DNA of 64,000 bases from NCBI GenBank assembly GCA_964016885.1, contig OZ024743.1:366916001-366980000 (forward strand). Direction: 5' to 3'. This stretch comes from Eledone cirrhosa. Lineage: Eukaryota. The notes under the pieces were generated by a model. It did not search any database. It was not told the origin of the DNA and saw only the letters and a list, made by a program, of their open reading frames with translations. Shown piece after piece: positions 58,101 through 64,000 of this stretch (its first letter is position 1; the number at the start of each line of letters is the position of its first letter). A program made the translations under genes and the position numbers.

Positions 58101-61100
58101 GCCATCTGAGTAAAGAAGGAGGTTTACAAAGCTTGGCTTGGAAATAAGTCCTTCTTGCACTTGCAGTACAAGCAGGCACAGTAAAAGCATCCAAAGTTAA
58201 GACATGGGAGGACTTTGGGGTTAAGCTGGAATCCAACTTCAGATCAGCAAATAAAGTGTTGTGGCAGACCATCCAGCAATTTCGTAATAAGAAGCCCTCT
58301 TCCACACCTGCTATCAAGAACACACCTGGGGTTCTCCTCTCTTCAGAGAGGTGGAGAGAATACTTTGCTGATCTCCAACCTGATCACAACAGCATCTTTT
58401 GATGTACACAGGGTACATCTGGGAGTGGTGACTAATCTCTCAGAAGCTGAGGTCACAAGAGCAGTCAAAAAGCTCAAATGTGGCAAAGCCACAGAGGAAA
58501 ATGAAGTCTGGCCTGAGATGTTAAAAGCCTAAAATAGAGACGGTGGTCTCTTGTTGACTCATGTGTGCCAGGTGGCCTGGATCTCAGGAAAGGCACCTAA
58601 GCAATGGCCAGTCACGATTGATAATCCCAATTTTCAAAAAGGGAGATAAGAGAGATTGTTAAAATTAGAGAGGGATCTCCTTGTTAAGTCTGTCTGGTAA
58701 AGTCTCTGCTAAGTGTCTGGCAAAGAGATGCAGGGAGATTGTCAAGTCCAAGCTAGCTGATGAACAGTGTGGTTTTCACCCCAGATACAACACAGCCGTC
58801 CAAATATTCACACTGCAGCAGGGCTTTGAGAAATCGTAGGAGTATTGCTAAAATGTATATTCTTGTTATGTCAACCTTGAAAAGGCATATGATCACATTC
58901 CTTGGAACCTGCTGTGGAAGGTTCTGCAAGAGTACGGGATCGATGGTCAGCTCCTTGCTGCCCTTATGTTTCTTTACGAATGTCCAAGTATTTATGTTTG
59001 GATAAATGGTGTTAAATCAAAACCATTCAATGTGGGAGTCGGACTCCGCCAAGGGCGTGTACTGTCACTTCTCCTGTTCATTATTTACATGAACAGGATA
59101 GACATGTGCAGCCAGGTTGGAAGTGGTATCATAACTGGTGGGTGTAAAATCAGCCGACTGGATTTTGCAGATGACATGATGTTACTTAACTCGAGAGAAG
59201 GTGATCTCCGACTTGCACTCAATAGGTTTGATGCAGAGTGCTGCATGGATGAAATGAAAATCAGTGCTGCAAAAACTGAGATGCTCATCCTCTCAAGGAA
59301 GCCTGTGCAGAGCACTCTACATGTAAATGATTTAATATGGCTGACTAAATAAAGTTATTTCTATATCAAAAACAAATTAATAGAAATCACATAATTCCAA
59401 CATGACAGGCTTATAATTCAAATGTTTATGTCCATCTTTCAGCATTACACTAGGTTCCAACAATTGATTTGCGTGTTAGCTATGCTTTGGATTTCCAGAG
59501 TTTTCCTTCTGCTCCATGTGAGGTGGAGCATTGTAGGAGAGACAATATCAATATTGGCATATACAGCCTCATTAATTTGACCTAGGACCTCAACAAGCCA
59601 TAACAAAATATTATGTCCTTGCATTCATTTTGTTATCAGAGTTGTTTGTGTAGTGAGACTAGAATTGCAGGAGACTAGAACTTCTCAGTGTATATATATA
59701 TATATATCATAAGAGAACAAAGGTCTCTTTAGCATAAATAAAAATGCATGTATATTTTTTTCAGTATAGATATTGGATTACTCAGGTATCAGAAGAGCAA
59801 TTTCTGATGTATTAGACTAATATGATTCTGATACTCCCAGACATACAAGAAATAGACTTAAAGTAAGTTGGGTATCTTCTGCTTTGATTGCCACACTACA
59901 CTCTAAGAGAGCTATTGCAGATGCAGATCAGTTTTTAAAATAATTCTTTCCACATCATTGGTCAGCTCATGTAGAACTGATTGAACCTACTTAAGATTGA
60001 CTCCAAAAATATATTATAAATATCCAATTTTTCAATTTGTCCAAACCATAGTGAAGAAAAATGTTTTCATATGGTCAATATGATTAGTGCAAAACTTGTT
60101 TAATTGTGACACTTTTATCACCATGTTTCTAATGAAAAACACAGCTTATTATTTTCAGATATATAATAATAATAATGAAATTATTGTGTACAGTGCTCAG
60201 GTGCACTACAACTCATCAAAGGTGCATGTATAGTACATAGAATAATGTACAAATGTCAGGAAAATAAACAGTGTATGAGTCATGATATAATAACAATAAC
60301 AATAATGAAATATTGTGCACAGTGCCCAGGTGCACCACAACCCATCAAAAAAGTGCATGTACAGTACATAGGGCAATGCACAAACATCAGTAAAATGAAC
60401 AGTGCACACATGTGTGCATGTGTATGGAAGGGGCACATCAGGTGTAGTTTTGGCGTATTTCGGGAAGCATGAGTGTCTTAAAGGATGCAGTGTCTCGACA
60501 GCTAACAATTGACGCAGGCAGTTTGTTCCATGTTTCAGCAACTCTGAGCGTGAAAAAATGTCTGCGAAAGTCATGGGAGCTGTGCTGTTTTCTTATCTTG
60601 TAGGCATGTCCACGTGTGTTAGATACATGGAGATCAAAGAGGCGCTCAGGGTTGCAGTTGGCGAGATGGTATATAACTAATTTTTTTATATATCTGGTGT
60701 TGAGCATAGCTTAAAAGTTCTTACATAAAATAATGATGGAAGGTATTTAGGTAAATATAAACACTTTAATATTTAATTTGCACAGCTTAGTATTCAAGAA
60801 CCAGGGTTAATATTTAATTAAAGTCAAATTCCCGGATATATTTATTAACATCTTAATATTTTCTAAGAATAGGATTTTATAACAAAGTCACAACTTCTTA
60901 GATGATTATCTAAATATAACATATATATTTACTTTGTGGAAACATAATTTGTTAAATCTTACATTTTGATCTGAAGTAATGAGGCGGAATGCTTCAGTGA
61001 CTTGCTTGGCTGTAGCTCCACCTCCAACATCTAGAAAATTAGCAGGGTTTCCTCCATGAAGTTTGATGATATCCATTGTTGCCATTGCCAAGCCAGCACC

Positions 61101-62308
61101 ATTTACTGAAATAAAACAAATTTAAGACAGGCTTCAGAGTAACCATCATCAGTGAACAGTTTCTCCATTAACACCAAAACTCTCTCAGGAGTTTAAAAAT
61201 ATTAATACACTCTAATCAATTTTGAGATAGTCAAATATTTAATTTTAACACAAACACTGGATACATAATTGAAAAAGTAATATAGGGTTTTGTTATTTGC
61301 AACCAGAATTGCCCAGATTTCAATATGCTCATTTAATTGTAAGCAACTGTTTTAGAAAACAGTTAGTTATCAGTTTGTACTTATGTTTTCTACTAGCTGC
61401 TACTAGATGTTCAAAAACAGAAATCCTAACTTACCTAAACAGCCGATACTGCCATCCAGTCCAATGTAGTTTAGGTCAGCATCAGCAGCTTGATGATCAC
61501 GGGGATCTTCTTGGGACCAATCCTTCCATGCGAAAATATCTTTCTGACGGTGAGCAGCATTATCATCAAAATTTAATTTACAGTCCATACAATATACTGA
61601 AATGCAATACAATTTTAAATAGTTTTATAACAAATTTATCATTCTAATGATTTTTCTGTTGTGCTTACACAAAAGTCCAAACTATAGTCTAATGAATACT
61701 AGAGAAGTTAAATATAATAAGTGGTTCAAAAGATGATTTGTCAGGCTGTATATGAAAGATTTTATAAAAGTTAATGTGGCAGATAATATACTTGATCCAC
61801 ATAGCATTATTTTATTCAGATCAAAGATGGTGAACTGGCAGAATTGGTAGAGTTTTGGACAAACGCCTTGTGATATCTAGTTACGTCTCTATGTTCTGAT
61901 TATAAATACAGACAAGGTTAACTTTGCCTTTTATATGTCTGGAGTCAATAAAATAAGTACTAGTTTAACAACTACGATCGACCATACCTTCCTTCAAGAA
62001 ATTTAGCTCTTGTGTTTATGTGAGAAATCAATATTAGAGCCTCACATATAGACAAATATCTACCACTTGAAGACAAATATTATAATGAAAATGGATGGTT
62101 AAGTGGAGTAGCAATGAACCTGACATATTGGAAGCATTGCCACACTGTCAGTATAGGACATCTATTTTGTTTCTTTAAAAGTGAAATAAATAACATTAAA
62201 AGATACTTTACCATCTCCGTTAGCATCTTCTGATAAAGGGTTAATTTCAACCATGGTTGCATCATACTTAATAAAAACATTGTATAGTTTCTGCATAACA
62301 TCAACAAC
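52098..62308 (-). CDS. SUCLA2: Succinyl-CoA ligase [ADP-forming] subunit beta, mitochondrial; 3' portion, join(62212-62308, 61435-61596, 60963-61105, 55943-56063, 55289-55377, 52098-52172); 5' exons lie beyond the right edge
   Basis: Six GT-AG exons splice in frame to [51 protein letters not shown]...[44 protein letters not shown]...[17 protein letters not shown]...DVKFELPL*. The GGGAT..QV.EAF motif, [10 protein letters not shown] and the KFxLP C-terminus favour SUCLA2 over SUCLG2. Confidence 0.95.
52265..53290 (-). mobile_element. CRE-like non-LTR retrotransposon 3' fragment in the last SUCLA2 intron
   Basis: Minus ORFs give [12 protein letters not shown]..., then [49 protein letters not shown] (zinc-knuckle remnant plus RLE). 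Collinear with 48190-48800. Confidence 0.8.
53505..53662 (-). mobile_element. RTE 3'-UTR-derived short element
   Basis: GGCTTGATTTCTACAGCTAGATGCCCTTCCTAACACCAACCTCATTTACAGTGAGTGCTGGGTGC is the near-exact reverse complement of ~35720-35785. Confidence 0.8.
53690..53833 (-). mobile_element. tRNA-derived SINE head
   Basis: Minus strand GGAGGCACATGGCTTAGTGGTTAGAGCA (A box)...GTGAGTTCAATTC (B box)...TCCTTGAGCAAGACACT. Confidence 0.75.
55289..55377 (-). CDS. SUCLA2: SUCLA2 exon (89 nt) [30 protein letters not shown]
   Basis: tttttcag|GAACA...AAAATG|gtcagt. Confidence 0.95.
55943..56063 (-). CDS. SUCLA2: SUCLA2 exon (121 nt) [40 protein letters not shown]
   Basis: tttatag|GTTCAA...CTACAAG|gtaaga. 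Confidence 0.96.
57246..59330 (+). mobile_element. Degenerate, internally deleted RTE-clade LINE (5' region, endonuclease remnant, reverse transcriptase), antisense within a SUCLA2 intron
   Basis: [13 protein letters not shown] (APE remnant), [28 protein letters not shown], and [23 protein letters not shown]...[10 protein letters not shown] (RT FADD). Many stops and frameshifts. The 5' boundary is approximate. Confidence 0.88.
60163..60700 (-). mobile_element. CR1-like LINE 3' fragment with a duplicated 3' tail
   Basis: ORF 60438-60707 ...[40 protein letters not shown]...ASFK carries the CR1-type 'TRGH..K..R..FF..RV...WN.LP' C-terminus. Tails end in (TTA)n. Confidence 0.85.
60963..61105 (-). 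CDS. SUCLA2: SUCLA2 exon (143 nt) [48 protein letters not shown]
   Basis: tatttcag|TAAATGGT...CAAAAT|gtaaga; succinyl-CoA ligase beta signature motif. Confidence 0.97.
61435..61596 (-). CDS. SUCLA2: SUCLA2 exon (162 nt) [54 protein letters not shown]
   Basis: catttcag|TATATTGT...TGTTTAG|gtaagt. Confidence 0.97.
61825..62035 (+). mobile_element. tRNA-derived SINE (same family as 46488-46680)
   Basis: GATGGTGAACTGGCAGAATTGGTAGAG...GGTTAACTTTGCCTTTTAT...GGAGTCAATAAAATAAGTAC. Confidence 0.7.
62212..62308 (-). CDS. SUCLA2: SUCLA2 exon (97 nt) [32 protein letters not shown]
   Basis: ctcatttcag|GTTGTT...GGAGATG|gtaaag; contains the conserved 'D.T..EINP' ATP-grasp motif. Confidence 0.94.
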
Positions 62309-62934
62309 CTGAAATGAGAGATTGATTCAAAGGATTTGGAAAAAAATGAAAAACAAAACAATTGCTTACTCAAAGACAGCTATAATAACATCCATGTTAA
62401 AATATTTTCCAAAATATAATATATATAACAAATCAGGGAGGTGATAGAGATACTAAATGAATCTTCCATTTTAAAGTTGTAAAATATATCAACTAAATAT
62501 CAACAAATATGTTAGCAGATTAAGTAAAGAGTTACTTAGTTCTGTACTATTTATAATAAGCAAGCTGTATAGTTAACTGACTAATCCTAAATATATTTTA
62601 CTTTATTAAATATAGAAAAATGAAAAGCAAAATTCATTGGTAGATTTTAAACTCAGAACAGGAACAAAGATAGGAAAAAAAATCATAAAAGTATATATAA
62701 AGCTCTACATGTAAAAACCCAGACATACAATGTTCCATCAACACAAACATACATACCAATAACAATGATGCATACTACCTGTTGTAGTGTCTTTTACTTA
62801 GATTAATGAAGACAAAAAAATAATAAAAATGGCATCCATAACATTAAGTATAATACACTCCTGAGCTTTATGTAAATGTAGACGTGTACACACACATATA
62901 TGCATGTAAAATATAACGATAATGATAATATCAA

Positions 62935-63806
62935 CATCATTGTTAACATCCATTTTACAAGCTAGCATGGGTTAGATGGGTTGTCCCATTAGAGGCTTTT
63001 TGTGGTGATAACACTATAACTTTACAGTATAAGGGCGGTGTGGACAGAAGTGGGTGGGTAGGTGTTGCGGCATCAGAGGTGTATGGAAGGGCATAGCAGT
63101 TAAGAGGTGCCTACTAGATGTATGTTTGAGTCCGTGCGCATGGGAAGGCATGTCTTCTGTATTACTGCATAACGCCAAAGATCTCAATCCTGGATTATTG
63201 TCTTTGAAAAGTGCAATTGTGCAAGGTCAGCATTTATCACCTCATCCAAGGTCTTCCTACTCCATAGCTTCCTTTGCCCTTGTAGCAGTTGACGATGATG
63301 CTGCTACGCCAGTCATTGGGTATGACCCCATTTTGTATTACTTGGTTTACAATATGGGTGAATATGGTGTAACCCATCATCACAGATGCTTTCAGCATCT
63401 CAGCAACTATCCTGGAAGGTCTACCTATCTTTGTATATTTGATTGCCTTATTTACTATACTACTAACTTGCACAGCCAGTCCCTATTGGGTCGACATGTG
63501 ACAAACTTACTTCTCATGCATTCTCCTCATTCAGTAATTATTCATAGTGGCACTTCTATGCTACCTTCTTTTCAACACCAGTGAGGGCAAGTACTCCGTT
63601 ATTATCGCAGACACTCTTTTCCCCAACAATATCACAATTTTCTCAGACACATTGCCTTGCATTCCTGAACACCTCACTTCTTTGGTCCTCACATTGTAGA
63701 ACATGTTTAAATTTTTTATTTTCTGCTTCCCTTCTTGCAAAGTACACTTGTCACCTAGCTTCTCTCCTAGCCACCTGGTAGTCTTCTCTACTTCCTCCCT
63801 CCCACC
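62935..63806 (-). mobile_element. Internally deleted RTE LINE (pre-RT region fused to the ORF2 C-terminus and 3' UTR)
   Basis: ORF 63237-63473 ...IVAEMLKAS...IVNQVIQNGVIPNDWRSSIIVNCYKGKG|SYGVGRPWMR*. The 3' UTR is homologous to 35480-35600, and the tail at ~62935-62985 contains GCTAGCATGGGTTAGA. Confidence 0.8.
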
Positions 63807-63872
63807 ATTCTTTCCATGCCCGATATCCGTATTGTATGTATTCTTTCCATGCCCGATATCCGTATTGAATGT
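63807..63872. repeat. 33-bp direct tandem duplication
   Basis: ATTCTTTCCATGCCCGATATCCGTATTG(T/A)ATGT x2, one mismatch. Confidence 0.9.
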
Positions 63873-64000
63873 TTACATGGCCGTTTCACCTTTATTTTTC
63901 TTCAATTTTCACAAATATACTATTTTTTTTATTGGAGTTGATCAATTAGCAATTAAGGTTCCTTTACTTTCTCTGGCATTCTTAATCAGAAGAACCAACC

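Noticed and set aside
57246-59352. Active or domesticated reverse transcriptase gene
   Set aside because: Multiple stops, frameshifts, internal deletions and a 3' truncation mark it as an ordinary dead RTE copy.
52098-62308. Bacterial sucC or GDP-forming SUCLG2
   Set aside because: Spliceosomal GT-AG introns exclude a bacterial origin, and the diagnostic motifs and C-terminus fit SUCLA2.

Overview
Eukaryotic (metazoan) genomic DNA, most likely an octopod cephalopod judging by the SINE/RTE repeat families; this is recognised from memory, not searched. The window has two halves. (1) Positions 1-~32,502 are a single uninterrupted, strongly strand-asymmetric (A/C-rich, about 2-4 G per unit) tandem satellite of 57/58-bp monomers with 42/43/48/54/55-bp deletion variants. 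It contains nested multi-kb duplications and ends in a homogeneous 43-bp (86-bp dimer) sub-array. The many His/Thr-rich and hydrophobic ORFs there are translation artefacts of the repeat. (2) Positions ~32.5-64 kb are AT-rich and TE-dense (RTE, CR1-like and CRE-like LINE relics, tRNA-derived SINEs, MITEs, microsatellites). They contain the last six coding exons of a minus-strand SUCLA2 gene (succinyl-CoA ligase ADP-forming beta subunit), and a tentative second minus-strand gene whose intron may contain the whole satellite. I found no convincing new protein-coding system. The most interesting leads are the satellite's architecture and possible intronic location, and an inverted pair of CRE-like retroelements bracketing the SUCLA2 terminal exon. 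TE boundaries are approximate and read by eye.
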